The notes under the pieces: model-generated
Told to the model about the DNA's origin: nothing
The model's database searches: none
Seen by the model: the letters and a program-made list of their open reading frames with translations, nothing else
Made by a program: the position numbers and the translations under genes
Assembly (NCBI RefSeq): GCF_036365525.1
Contig: NC_090399.1
Location: 46,222,430 to 46,286,429 of the forward strand
DNA length: 64,000 nt
DNA from: Heterodontus francisci
Taxonomy: Eukaryota
Direction of reading: 5' to 3'
In this document: piece by piece, positions 39,501 to 54,500 of the stretch
How the letters are laid out: every line of letters starts with the position of its first letter
Numbering within the stretch: the first letter of the stretch is position 1

Positions 39501-42500
39501 AACAGAGAGACACAGGGGAAACAGAGCGTCACAGGGGAAACAGAGAGACACAGCGGAAACACAGGGAAAACAGAGAGACACAGGGAAACAGAGAGAATCA
39601 CAAGGGAAACAAAATAAATACAGGGGAAACAGAGAGACACGGGGAAAGAGAGAAACACAGGGGAAAGAGAGAGAAATAAGGGACAGAGAGAGAAATAGGG
39701 CAAACAGAGTCACAGGGGAAACAGAGAAAAATAGCGGAAAGAGAGGGACACAGGGGAAACAGAGAGAATCAAAGGGGAAACAGAGAGAGACAAAGGGAAA
39801 ACAGAGGAACACAGGGGAAAAGAGAGACGCAGGGGAAAGAGAGAAACAGGGGAAAAAGAGAAACACAGGGGAAACAGATAGTTGCAGAGGAAACAGAGAG
39901 ACAAAGGGGAAACAGAGAGCCACAGGGGAAGCAGAGAGACACAGGGGAAACAGAGAGACACAGGGGAAGCAGAGAGACACAGAGCAAAGAGAGAGACACA
40001 GGGGAAACAGACAGTCACGGGGAAACACAGAGACACTTGGGAAACAGAGAAAAACAGGAGAATCACAGGGGAAACAGAGAGACACTGGGGAAACAGAGCG
40101 TCACAGGGGAAACAGAGAGACACAGCGGAACACAGGGAAAACAGAGAGACACAGGGAAACAGAGAGAATCACAAGGGAAACAAAATAAATACAGGGGAAA
40201 CAGAGAGACACGGGGAAAGAGAGAAACACAAGGGAAACAGAGAGATACAGCGGAAACAACGAGGCACAGGGGAAAAAGAGAAAAACAGGGGAAACACAGG
40301 GGAAACACAGGGGGTACGGAGAGACACAGGGGAAACAGAAAGTCACAGGGGAAACAGAGAGATACAGGGGAAACAGAGAGTCACAGGGGAAACAGAGAGA
40401 CACAGCAGCAACACAGGGAAACAGAGAGACACAGGGAAACAGAGAGACACACGATAAACAGAGACACAGGGGAAACAGTGAGACACAGGGGAAACAGACA
40501 GTCACAGGGGAAAAAGACAGACACTTGGGAAACAGAGGGGAAACAGACAGACACAAGGGAAACAGAGAGACACAAGGGAAACACAGAGACACAGGGGAAA
40601 CAGAAAGTCACTGGGGAAACAGAGAGACACAGGGGAAACAGAGAGACACAGGGGAAACAGAGAGTCACTGGGGAAACAGAGAGACACAGGTGAAACACAG
40701 AGATACAGGGAAACAGAGAGACACAGGGAAACAGAGAGACACAGGGGAAACAGAGAAAAACAGGGGAAACAGACAACGCAGGGGAAACAGACAGATACAG
40801 GCAAAACAGAGAGACACAGGCGAAACCGAGAGACACAGGCAAAACCGAGAGACACAGGCTAAACCGAGAGACACAGGCTAAACCGAGAGACACAGGCTAA
40901 ACCAAGAGACACAGGCGAAACAGAGAGACACAGGCGAAACAGAGAGAATCACAGGGGAAACAGAGAGAATCAAAGGGGAAACAGAGGGAGACAAAGGGAA
41001 AACAGAGGAACACAGGGGAAAAGAGAGACGCAGGGGAAAGAGAGAAACAGGGGAAAAAGAGAAACACAGGGGAAAAAGATAGTTGCAGAGGAAACAGAGA
41101 GACACAGCGGAAAGAGAGAGAATCACAGGGGAAAGAGAGAGAATCACAGGGGAACAGAGAAACACTGGAAACAGAGAGACACAGGGGAAACAGAGAGGCA
41201 GGGGAAACACAGAGACACTTGGGAAACAGAGAAAAACAGGGGAAACACAGGGGAAACACAGAGACACAGGGGAAACAGAGAGTCACAGGGGAAACAGACA
41301 GTCACAGAGGATGCAGAGAGACAGAGGGGAAACAGAGAGACACAGCAGAAACACAGGGGAAACAGACAGACACAGGGATTACAGAGAAAAACAGGGGAAG
41401 CAGAGAGTCGCAGGGGAAACAGAGAAACAAAAGGGAAACAAACAGTCGCAGGGGAAACAGACAGAGACAGGCGAATCGGAGCGACACAGGCGAAACAGAG
41501 ACACACAGGCCAAACTGAGAGACACAGGGGAAACAGAGAGACACAGGAGAAACACAGGGGAAACAGAGAGACACAGGGGAAACAGAGAGAAATAGGGGAA
41601 AGAGAGAGAAATCGGGGGAACAGAGTCACAGGGGAAACAAAGAGACACAGGGCAAACAGAGAGACACAGTGGAAAGAGAGAGAAATAGGGGAAACAGACA
41701 GTCACCGGGGAAACAGAGAGACACAGGGGAAACAGAGAGAAATAGGGGAAAGAGAGAGAAATCGGGGGAACAGAGTCACAGGGGAAACAGAGAAATAGGG
41801 GAAACAGAGAGACACAGGGGAAACAGAGAGACACAGGGGAAACAGTGTCACAGGGGAAACAGAAAGAAACAGGGGAAACAGAGAGCCACAGGGGAAACAG
41901 AGAGACACAGGGGAAAGAGAGAGAAATAGGGGAAACTGACAGACACCGGGGAAACAGATAGACACAGGAGAAACAGAGAGAAATAGGGGAAAGAGAGAGA
42001 AATCGGGGGAACAGAGACACAGGGGAATCAGAGAGAAATAGGGGAAACAGAGAGAAACAGGGGAAACAAAGAAACACAGGGCAAAGAGAGAGACACAGGG
42101 GAAAGGGAGAGATGCAGGGTAAAGAGAGAGACGCAGGGGAAAGAGAGAGACACAGGGGAAAGAGAGAGACACAGGTGAAACAGAGAGAAATGGGGGAAAG
42201 TGAGAGAAATAGGGGAAACAGAGTCACAGTAGAAACTGAGAGAAATAGGGGACAGAGAGAGACACAGGGGAAAGAGAGAGACGCAGGTGAAAGAGAGAGG
42301 AATAAGGGACAGAGAGAGAAATAGGGGAAACAGAGTCACAGTGGAAACAGAGAGAAATAGCGGAAAGATAGAGACACAGGAAAAAGAGAGAGAAATAGAG
42401 GACAGAGAGAGACACAGGGGAAAGAGAGAGACGCAGGTGAAAGAGAGAGAAATAAGGGACAGAGAGAGAAATAGGGGAAACAGAGTCACAGGGGAAACAG

Positions 42501-45500
42501 AGAGAAATAGCGGAAAGAGAGAGACACAGGGGATACAGTGAGAAATAGGGGAAAGAGAGAGACACAGGGGAAACAGAGAGAAAAATAGGGGAAAGAGAGG
42601 TACACAGGGGATGCAGTGAGAAATAGTGGAAAGATAGAGACCCGGGGAAACAGAGAGAAATAGGGGAAAGAGAGAGACACAGGGGAAAGAGAGAAAAATA
42701 GGGGAAAGAGAGGGACACAGTGGAAACAGAGAGAAATAGCGGAAAGATAGAGACACAGGGGCAAGAGAGAGAAATAGGGTAAACAAATAGTCAAAGGGGA
42801 AACAGAGAGAAATAGGGGAAACAGTGTCATGGAGAAACAGAAAGAAATCGGGGAAACAGAGAGAAATAGGGGGAACAGAGTCACAGGGGAAACAGAGCGA
42901 AATAGGGGAAACAGAGAGACACAGGGGAAAGAGAGAGAAATCGGGGAAACAGAGAGACACAGGGGAAAGAGAGAGAAATAGGGGTAACAGAGAGAAACAG
43001 AGGAAAGAGAGTAACAGGGGAAACAGAAAGAAACAGGGGAACCAGAGAGACACAGGGGAAACAGAGAGAAATAGGGGAAACAGAGAGACACAAGGGAAAG
43101 AGAGAGAAATAGGGGAAAGAGAGAGAAATCAGGGAAACAGAGATATACAGGAGGAAAGAGAGAGAAATAGGGGAAACAGAGAGACACAGGGGAAACAGAG
43201 AGAAATAGGGGAAACAGAGAGAAATAGGGGAAACAGAGAGAAATCAGGGAAACAGAGATATACAGGAGGAAAGAGAGAGAAATAGGGGAAACAGAGAGAC
43301 ACAGGGGAAACAGAGAGAAATAGGGGAAACAGAGAGAAATCGGGGAAACAGAGATATACAGGGGAAATACAGATAAACAGGGGAAACAGAGAGACACAGG
43401 GGAAACAGTGAGACAGAGGGGAAACAGAGAGACAGAGGGGAAACAGAGAGAAATCGGGGAAACAGAGAGACAGAGGGGAAACAGAGAGACAGAGGGGAAA
43501 CAGAGAGACACAGGAGAAACAGAGAGACACAAGGGAAAGAGAGAGATATAGGGGAAAGAGAGAGACACAGGGGAAAGAGAGAGACACAGGGGAAACAGAA
43601 AGTCACTGGGGAAGCAGAGAGACACAGGGGAAGCAGAGAGACACAGGGGAAACAGTGAGAATCACAGGGGAAACAGAGAGTCACAGGGGAAACAGAAAGA
43701 AATTGGGGAAACAGAGAGTCACAGGGGAAACGGAGAGAAATAGGGAAACAGAGAGACACAGGGGAAACGGAGAGAAATTGGGGAAACAGAGAGACACAGG
43801 GGAAACGGAGTGAAATAGGGGAAACAGAGAGAAATCGGGGAAACAGAGAGACACAGGGGAAACACAGATAAACAGGGGAAACAGAGAGGCACAAGGGAAA
43901 GAGAGAGAAATAGGGGAAACAGAGAGACACAGGGGACACAGAGAGACACCGGGAAAACCCAGAGACACAGGGGAAAGAGAGAGACACAGGTGAAACAGAG
44001 AGAAATGGGGGAAACAGAATCACAGGGGAAACAGAGAGAAATAGGGGAATGAGAGAGACACAGGGGAAAGAGAGAGAAATAAGGGACAGAGAGAGAAATA
44101 GGGCAAACAGAGTCACAGGGGAAACAGAGAGAAATAGTGGAAAGAGAGGGACACAGGGGAAACAGAGAGAAATAGGGGAAAGAGAGAGAATCACAGGGGA
44201 ACAGAGAAACACTGGAAACAGAGACACACAGGGGAAACAGAGAGACAGGGGAAACACAGAGACACTTAGGAAACAGAGAAAAACAGGGGAAACACAGGGG
44301 AAACACAGAGACACAGGGGAAACAGAGAGTCACAGGGGAAACAGACAGTCACAGAGGATGCAGAGAGACAGAGGGGAAACAGAGAGACACAGCAGAAACA
44401 CAGGGGAAACAGACAGACACAGGGATTACAGAGAAAAACAGGGGAAGCAGAGAGTCGCAGGGGAAACAGAGAAACAAAAGGGAAACAAACAGCCGCAGGG
44501 GAAACAGACAGAGACAGGCGAATCGGAGCGACATAGGCGAAACAGAGACACACAGACAAAACTGAGAGACACAGGGGAAACAGAGAGACACAGGAGAAAC
44601 ACAGGGGAAACAGAGAGACACAGGGGAAACAGAGAGAAATAGGGGAAAGAGAGAGAAATCGGGGGAACAGAGTCACAGGGGAAACAGAGAGACACAGGGG
44701 AAACAGAGAGAAATAGGGGAAACAGTGTCACAGGGGAAACAGAAAGAAACAGGGGAAACAGAGAGACACCGGGGAAACAGATAGACACAGGAGAAACAGA
44801 GAGAAATAGGGGAAAGAGAGAGAAATCGGGGGAACAGAGACACAGGGGAAACAGAGAGAAACAGGGGAAACAAAGAAACACAGGGGAAAGAGAGAGACAC
44901 AGGGGAAAGGGAGAGATGCAGGGTAAAGAGAGAGACGCAGGGGAAAGAGAGAGACACAGGGGAAAGAGAGAGACACAGGTGAAACAGAGAGAAATGGGGG
45001 AAAGTTAGAGAAATAGGGGAAACAGAGTCACAGTAGAAACTGAGAGAAATAGGGGACAGAGAGAGACACAGGGGAAAGAGAGAGCCGCAGGTGAAAGAGA
45101 GAGAAATAAGGGACAGAGAGAGAAATAGGGGAAACAGAGTCACAGTGGAAACAGAGAGAAATAGCGGAAAGATAGAGACACAGGGGAAAGAGAGAGAAAT
45201 AGAGGAAAGAGAGAGACACAGGGGAAAGAGAGAGACGCAGGTGAAAGAGAGAGAAATAAGGGACAGAGAGAGAAATAAGGGAAACAGAGTCACAGTGGAA
45301 ACAGAGAGAAATAGCGGAAAGATAGAGACACAGGGGCAAGAGAGAGAAATAGGGGAAAGAGAGAGACACAGGGGAAAGATAGAGACACAGGGGAAACAGA
45401 GAGAAATAGGGGAAAGAGAGGGACACAGGGGAAAGAGAGAGAAATAGGGGACAGAGAGAGAAATAGGGGAAACAGAGTCACAGGGGAAACAGAGAGAAAT

Positions 45501-48500
45501 AGCGGAAAGAGAGAGACACAGGGGATACAGTGAGAAATAGGGGAAAGAGAGAGACACAGGGGAAACAGAGAGAAAAATAGGGGAAAGAGAGGGACACAGG
45601 GGATGCAGTGAGAAATAGTGGAAAGATAGAGACACAGGGGAAACAGAGAGAAATAGGGGAAAGAGAGAGAGACAGGGGAAAGAGAGAAAAATAGGGGAAA
45701 GAGAGGGACACAGTGGAAACAGAGAGAAATTGCGGAAAGATAGAGACACAGGGGAAAGAGAGAGAAATAGGGGAAAGAGAGAGACACAGGGGAAAGATAG
45801 AGACACAGGGGAAACAGAGAGACACAGGGGAAACAGAAAGTCACTGGCGAAGCAGAGAGACACAGGGGAAGCAGAGAGACACAGGGGAAACAGTGAGAAT
45901 CACAGGGGATACAGAGAGAATCACAGGTGAAACAGAGAGAATCACAGGTGAAGCAGACAGTCATAGGGGAAACACAGAGACACAGGGGAAATGGAGAAAC
46001 ACAGGGGCAACAGAGAGACACAGGGGAAACAGAGAGATACAGGGGAAACAGAGGGGAAACAGAGAGACACAAGGGAAACACAGAGACACAAGGGAAACAC
46101 AGAGACACAGGGGAAACAGAAAGTCACTGGGGAAGCAGAGAGACACGGGGGAAGCAGAGACACAGGGGAAGCAGAGAGACACAGGGGAAACAGTGAGACA
46201 CAGGGGAAACAGTGAGAATCACAGGGGAAACAGAGAGTCACAGGGGAAACAGACAGTCATAGGGGAAACACAGAGACACAGGGGAAATGGAGAAACACAG
46301 GGGCAACAGAGAGACACAGGGGAAACAGACAGTCACACAGGAAACACAGAGACACAGGGAAACAGAGAAAAACAGGGGAAACACAGGGGAAAAACGGGGG
46401 AAACACAGGGGGTACACAGAGACAAAGGGGAAACAGAGAGCCACAGGGGAAGCAGAGAGACACAGGGGAAGCAGAGAGACACAGGGGAAACAATGAGACA
46501 CAGGGGAAACAGTGAGAATCACAGGGGAAACAGAGAGAATCACAGGGGAAACAGACAGTCATAGGGGAAACACAGAGACACAGGGGAAATGGAGAAACAC
46601 AGGGGAAACACAGGGCAACAGAGAGACACAGGGGAAACAGACAGTCACACAGGAAACACAGAGACACAGTGGAAACAGAGATTCACAGGGGAAACAGGCA
46701 GTCACAGTGGAAACAGAGATTCACAGGGGAAACAGAGAGACACAGGGGAAACAGACAGTCACAGCGGAAACAAAGAGACACAGGGGAAACAGAGAGACAC
46801 AGGAGAAACACAGGGGAAACAGAGAGACACAGGGTAAACAGGGAGACACAGGGGAATCAGAGAGTCGCAGGGGAAACAGAGAGACACAGGGGAAATAGAC
46901 AGTTGCAGGGGAAACAGACAGAGGCAGGCGAATTGGAGAGACACAGGCGAACAGAGAGACACAGGCGAAACTGAGAGACACAGGTGAAACAGAGAGACAC
47001 AGGAGAAACACAGGGGAAACAGAGAGACACAGGGGAAGCAGAGAGACACAGGGGAAGCAGAGAGACACAGGGGAAACAGACAGTCACAGGGGAAACACAG
47101 AGACACTTGGGAAACAGAGAAAAACAGGAGAATCACAGGGGAAACAGAGAGACACAGCGGAAACACAGGGAAAACAGAGAGACACAGGGTAACAGAGAGA
47201 ATCACAAGGGAAACAAAATAAATACAGGGGAAACAGAGAGACACGGGGAAAGGAGAAACACAAGGGAAACAGAGAGATACAGCGGAAACAACGAGGCACA
47301 GGGGAAAAAGAGAAAAACAGGGGAAACACAGGGGAAACACAGGGGGTACGGAGAGACACAGGGGAAACAGAAAGTCACAGGGGAAACAGAGAGATACAGG
47401 GGAAACAGAGAGTCACAGGGGAAACAGAGAGACACAGCAGCAACACAGGGAAACAGAGAGACACAGGGAAACAGAGAGACACACGATAAACAGAGACACA
47501 GGGGAAACAGTGAGACACAGGGGAAACAGACAGTCACAGGGGAAAAAGACAGACACTTGGGAAACAGAGGGGAAACAGACAGACACAAGGGAAACAGAGA
47601 GACACACGGGAAACACAGAGACACAGGGGAAACAGAAAGTCACTGGGGAAACAGAGAGACACAGGGGAAACAGAGAGTCACTGGGGAAACAGAGAGACAC
47701 AGGGGAAACACAGAGATACAGGGAAACAGAGAGACACAGGGAAACAGAGAGACACAGGGGAAACAGAGAAAAACAGGGGAAACAGACAACGCAGGGGAAA
47801 CAGACAGATACAGGCAAAACAGAGAGGACACAGGCGAAACCGAGAGACACAGGCAAAACCGAGAGACACAGGCAAAACCGAGAGACACAGGCAAAACCGA
47901 GAGACACAGGCTAAACCGAGAGACACAGGCTAAACCAACAGACACAGGCGAAACAGAGAGACACAGGCGAAACAGAGAGAATCACAGGGGAAACAGAGAG
48001 AATCAAAGGGGAAACAGAGAGAGACAAAGGGAAAACAGAGGAACACAGGGGAAAAGAGAGACGCAGGGGAAAGAGAGAAACAGGGGAAAAAGAGAAACAC
48101 AGGGGAAACAGATAGTTGCAGAGGAAACAGAGAGACACAGCGGAAAGAGAGAGAATCACAGGGGAACAGAGTAACACTGGAAACAGAGACACAGGGGAAA
48201 CAGAGAGACAGGGGAAACACAGAGACACTTGGGAAACAGAGAAAAACAGGGGAAACACAGGGGAAACACAGAGACACAGGGGAAACAGAGAGTCACAGGG
48301 GAAACAGACAGTCACAGAGGATGCAGAGAGACAGAGGGGAAACAGAGAGACACAGCAGAAACACAGGGGAAACAGACAGACACAGGGATTACAGAGAGAA
48401 ATAGCGGAAAGAGAGAGACACAGGGGATACAGTGAGAAATAGGGGAAAGAGAGGGACACAGGGGAAAGAGAGAGAAATAGGGGACAGAGAGAGAAATAGG

Positions 48501-51500
48501 GGAAACAGAGTCACAGGGGAAACAGAGAGAAATAGCGGAAAGAGAGAGACACAGGGGATACAGTGAGAAATAGGGGAAAGAGAGAGACACAGGGGAAACA
48601 GAGAGAAAAATAGGGGAAAGAGAGGGACACAGGGGATGCAGTGAGAAATAGTGGAAAGATAGAGACACAGGGGAAACAGAGAGAAATAGGGGAAAGAGAA
48701 AGTCACTGGGGAAGCAGAGAGACACAGGCGAAGCAGAGAGACACAGGGGAAACAGTGAGAATCACAGGGGAAACAGAGAGTCACAGGGGAAACAGAGAGA
48801 ATCACAGGGGATACAGAGAGAATCACAGGTGAAACAGAGAGAATCACAGGTGAAACAGAGAGAGTCACAGCGGAAACAGACAGTCATAGGGGAAACACAG
48901 AGACACAGGGGAAATGGAGAAACACAGGAGCAACAGAGAGACACAGGGGAAACAGAGAGATACAGGGGAAACAGAGGGGAAACAGAGAGACACAAGGGTA
49001 ACACAGAGACACAAGGGAAACACAGAGACACAGGGGAAACTGAAAGTCACTGGGGAAGCAGAGAGACACGGGGGAAGCAGAGACACAGGGGAAGCAGAGA
49101 GACACAGGGGAAGCAGAGAGACACAGGGGAAACAGTGAGAATCACAGGGGAAATAGTGAGAATCACAGGGGAAACAGAGAGTCACAGGGGAAACAGAGAG
49201 AATCACAGGGGATACAGAGAGAATCACAGGTGAAACAGAGAGAATCACAGGTGAAACAGGGAGAATCACAGGGGAAACACAGGGGAAACAGAGAGACACA
49301 TGGGAAGCAGAGAGACACAGGGGAAGCAGAGAGACACAGGGGAAACAGACAGTCACAGGGGAAACACAGAGACACTTGGGAAACAGAGAAAAACAGGAGA
49401 ATCACAGGGGAAACAGAGAGACACAGGGGAAACAGAGCGTCACAGGGGAAACAGAGAGACACAGCGGAAACACAGGGAAAACAGAGAGACACAGGGAAAC
49501 AGAGAGAATCACAAGGGAAACAAAATAAATACAGGGGAAACAGAGAGACACGGGGAAAGAGAGAAACACAAGGGAAACAGAGAGATACAGCGGAAACAAC
49601 GAGGCACGGGGGAAAAAGAGAAAAACAGGGGAAACACAGGGGAAACACAGGGGGTACGGAGAGACACAGGGGAAACAGAAAGTCACAGGGGAAACAGAGA
49701 GATACAGGGGAAACAGAGAGTCACAGGGGAAACAGAGAGACACAGCAGCAACACAGGGAAACAGAGAGACACAGGGGAATCAGAGAGTCGCAGGGGAAAC
49801 AGAGAGACACAGGGGAAATAGACAGTTGCAGGGGAAACAGACAGAGGCAGGCGAATTGGAGAGACACAGGCGAACAGAGAGACACAGGCGAAACTGAGAG
49901 ACACAGGTGAAACAGAGAGACACAGGAGAAACACAGGGGAAACAGAGAGACACAGGGGAAGCAGAGAGACACACGATAAACAGAGACACAGGGGAAACAG
50001 TGAGACACAGGGGAAACAGACAGTCACAGGGGAAAAAGACAGACACTTGGGAAACAGAGGGGAAACAGACAGACACAAGGGAAACAGAGAGACACAAGGG
50101 AAACACAGAGACACAGGGGAAACAGAAAGTCACTGGGGAAACAGAGAGACACAGGGGAAACAGAGAGACACAGGGGAAACAGAGAGTCACTGGGGAAACA
50201 GAGAGACACAGGGGAAACCGAGAGACACAGGCAAAACCGAGAGACACAGGCTAAACCAAGAGACACAGGCTAAACCAAGAGACACAGGCGAAACAGAGAG
50301 ACACAGGCGAAACAGAGAGAATCACAGGGGAAACAGAGAGAATCAAAGGGGAAACAGAGAGAGACAAAGGGAAAACAGAGGAACACAGGGGAAAAGAGAG
50401 ACGCAGGGGAAAGAGAGAAACAGGGGAAAAAGAGAAACACAGGGGAAACAGATAGTTGCAGAGGAAACAGAGAGACAAAGGGGAAACAGAGAGCCACAGG
50501 GGAAGCAGAGAGACAGGGGAAACACAGAGACACTTGGGAAACAGAGAAAAACAGGGGAAACACAGGGGAAACACAGAGACACAGGGGAAACAGAGAGTCA
50601 CAGGGGAAACAGACAGTCACAGAGGATGCAGAGAGACAGAGGGGAAACGGAGAGACACAGCAGAAACACAGGGGAAACAGACAGACACAGGGATTACAGA
50701 GAGAAATAGCGGAAAGACAGAGACACAGGGGATACAGTGAGAAATAGGGGAAAGAGAGGGACACAGGGGAAAGAGAGAGAAATAGGGGACAGAGAGAGAA
50801 ATAGGGGAAACAGAGTCACAGGGGAAACAGAGAGAAATAGCGGAAAGAGAGAGACACAGGGGATACAGTGAGAAATAGGGGAAAGAGAGAGACACAGGGG
50901 AAAGAGAGAAAAATAGGGGAAAGAGAGGGACACAGGGGATGCAGTGAGAAATAGTGGAAAGATAGAGACACAGGGGAAACAGAGAGAAATAGGGGAAAGA
51001 GAGAGACACAGGGGAAAGAGAGAAAAATAGGGGAAAGAGAGAGACACTGGGGAAAGATAGAGACACAGGGGAAACAGAGAGACATAGGGGAAAGAGAGAG
51101 ACACAGGGGAAAGAGAGAGACACAGGGGAAAGAGAGGGACACAAGGGAAAGAGAGAGAAATAGGGGAAAGAGAGAGACACAGGGGAAAGAGAGAGACACA
51201 GGGGAAAGAGAAAGTCACTGGGGAAGCAGAGAGACACAGGCGAAGCAGAGAGACACAGGGGAAACAGTGAGAATCACAGGGGAAACAGAGAGTCACAGGG
51301 GAAACAGAGAGAATCACAGGGGATACAGAGAGAATCACAGGTGAAACAGAGAGAGTCACAGCGGAAACAGACAGTCATAGGGGAAACACAGAGACACAGG
51401 GGAAATGGAGAAACACAGGAGCAACAGAGAGACACAGGGGAAACAGAGAGATACAGGGGAAACAGAGGGGAAACAGAGAGACACAAGGGAAACACAGAGA

Positions 51501-54500
51501 CACAAGGGAAACACAGAGACACAGGGGAAACTGAAAGTCACTGGGGAAGCAGAGAGACACGGGGGAAGCAGAGACACAGGGGAAGCAGAGAGACACAGGG
51601 GAAGCAGAGAGACACAGGGGAAACAGTGAGAATCACAGGGGAAATAGTGAGAATCACAGGGGAAACAGAGAGTCACAGGGGAAACAGAGAGAATCACAGG
51701 GGATACAGAGAGAATCACAGGTGAAACAGAGAGAATCACAGGTGAAACAGGGAGAATCACAGGGGAAACACAGGGGAAACAGAGAGACACAGGGGAAGCA
51801 GAGAGACACAGGGGAAGCAGAGAGACACAGGGGAAACAGACAGTCACAGGGGAAACACAGAGACACTTGGGAAACAGAGAAAAACAGGAGAATCACAGGG
51901 GAAACAGAGAGACACAGGGGAAACAGAGTGTCACAGGGGAAACAGAGAGACACAGCGGAAACACAGGGAAAACAGAGAGACACAGGGAAACAGAGAGAAT
52001 CACAAGGGAAACAAAATAAATACAGGGGAAACAGAGAGACACGGGGAAAGAGAGAAACACAAGGGAAACAGAGAGATACAGCGGAAACAACGAGGCACGG
52101 GGGAAAAAGAGAAAAACAGGGGAAACACAGGGGAAACACAGGGGGTACGGAGAGACACAGGGGAAACAGAAAGTCACAGGGGAAACAGAGAGATACAGGG
52201 GAAACAGAGAGTCACAGGGGAAACAGAGAGACACAGCAGCAACACAGGGAAACAGAGAGACACAGGGGAATCAGAGAGTCGCAGGGGAAACAGAGAGACA
52301 CAGGGGAAATAGACAGTTGCAGGGGAAACAGACAGAGGCAGGCGAATTGGAGAGACACAGGCGAACAGAGAGACACAGGCGAAACTGAGAGACACAGGTG
52401 AAACAGAGAGACACAGGAGAAACACAGGGGAAACAGAGAGACGCAGGGGAAGCAGAGAGACACAGGGGAAGCAGAGAGACACAGGGGAAACAGACAGTCA
52501 CAGGGGAAACACAGAGACACTTGGGAAACAGAGAAAAACAGGAGAATCACAGGGGAAACAGAGAGACACAGCGGAAACACAGGGAAAACAGAGAGACACA
52601 GGGAAACAGAGAGAATCACAAGGGAAACAAAATAAATACAGGGGAAACAGAAAGTCACAGGGGAAACAGAGAGATACAGGGGAAACAGAGAGTCACAGGG
52701 GAAACAGAGAGACACAGCAGCAACACAGGGAAACAGAGAGACACAGGGAAACAGAGAGACACACGATAAACAGAGACACAGGGGAAACAGTGAGACACAG
52801 GGGAAACAGACAGTCACAGGGGAAAAAGACAGACACTTGGGAAACAGAGGGGAAACAGACAGACACAAGGGAAACAGAGAGACACAAGGGAAACACAGAG
52901 ACACAGGGGAAACAGAAAGTCACTGGGGAAACAGAGAGACACAGGGGAAACAGAGAGACACAGGGGAAACAGAGAGTCACTGGGGAAACAGAGAGACACA
53001 GGCAAAACCGAGAGACACAGGCTAAACCAAGAGACACAGGCTAAACCAAGAGACACAGGCGAAACAGAGAGACACAGGCGAAACAGAGAGAATCACAGGG
53101 GAAACAGAGAGAATCAAAGGGGAAACAGAGAGAGACAAAGGGAAAACAGAGGAACACAGGGGAAAAGAGAGACGCAGGGGAAAGAGAGAAACAGGGGAAA
53201 AAGAGAAACACAGGGGAAACAGATAGTTGCAGAGGAAACAGAGAGACAAAGGGGAAACAGAGAGCCACAGGGGAAGCAGAGAGACAGGGGAAACACAGAG
53301 ACACTTGGGAAACAGAGAAAAACAGGGGAAACACAGGGGAAACACAGAGACACAGGGGAAACAGAGAGTCACAGGGGAAACAGACAGTCACAGAGGATGC
53401 AGAGAGACAGAGGGGAAACGGAGAGACACAGCAGAAACACAGGGGAAACAGACAGACACAGGGATTACAGAGAGAAATAGCGGAAAGACAGAGACACAGG
53501 GGATACAGTGAGAAATAGGGGAAAGAGAGGGACACAGGGGAAAGAGAGAGAAATAGGGGACAGAGAGAGAAATAGGGGAAACAGAGTCACAGGGGAAACA
53601 GAGAGAAATAGCGGAAAGAGAGAGACACAGGGGATACAGTGAGAAATAGGTGAAAGAGAGAGACACAGGGGAAAGAGAGAAAAATAGGGGAAAGAGAGGG
53701 ACACAGGGGATGCAGTGAGAAATAGTGGAAAGATAGAGACACAGGGGAAACAGAGAGAAATAGGGGAAAGAGAGAGACACAGGGGAAAGAGAGAAAAATA
53801 GGGGAAAGAGAGAGACACTGGGGAAAGATAGAGACACAGGGGAAACAGAGAGACATAGGGGAAAGAGAGAGACACAGGGGAAAGAGAGAGACACAGGGGA
53901 AAGAGAGGGACACAAGGGAAAGAGAGAGAAATAGGGGAAAGAGAGAGACACAGGGGAAAGAGAGAGACACAGGGGAAAGAGAAAGTCACTGGGGAAGCAG
54001 AGAGACACAGGCGAAGCAGAGAGACACAGGGGAAACAGTGAGAATCACAGGGGAAACAGAGAGTCACAGGGGAAACAGAGAGAATCACAGGGGATACAGA
54101 GAGAATCACAGGTGAAACAGAGAGAATCACAGGTGAAACAGAGAGAGTCACAGCGGAAACAGACAGTCATAGGGGAAACACAGAGACACAGGGGAAATGG
54201 AGAAACACAGGAGCAACAGAGAGACACAGGGGAAACAGAGAGATACAGGGGAAACAGAGGGGAAACAGAGAGACACAAGGGAAACACAGAGACACAAGGG
54301 AAACACAGAGACACAGGGGAAACTGAAAGTCACTGGGGAAGCAGAGAGACACGGGGGAAGCAGAGACACAGGGGAAGCAGAGAGACACAGGGGAAGCAGA
54401 GAGACACAGGGGAAACAGTGAGAATCACAGGGGAAATAGTGAGAATCACAGGGGAAACAGAGAGTCACAGGGGAAACAGAGAGAATCACAGGGGATACAG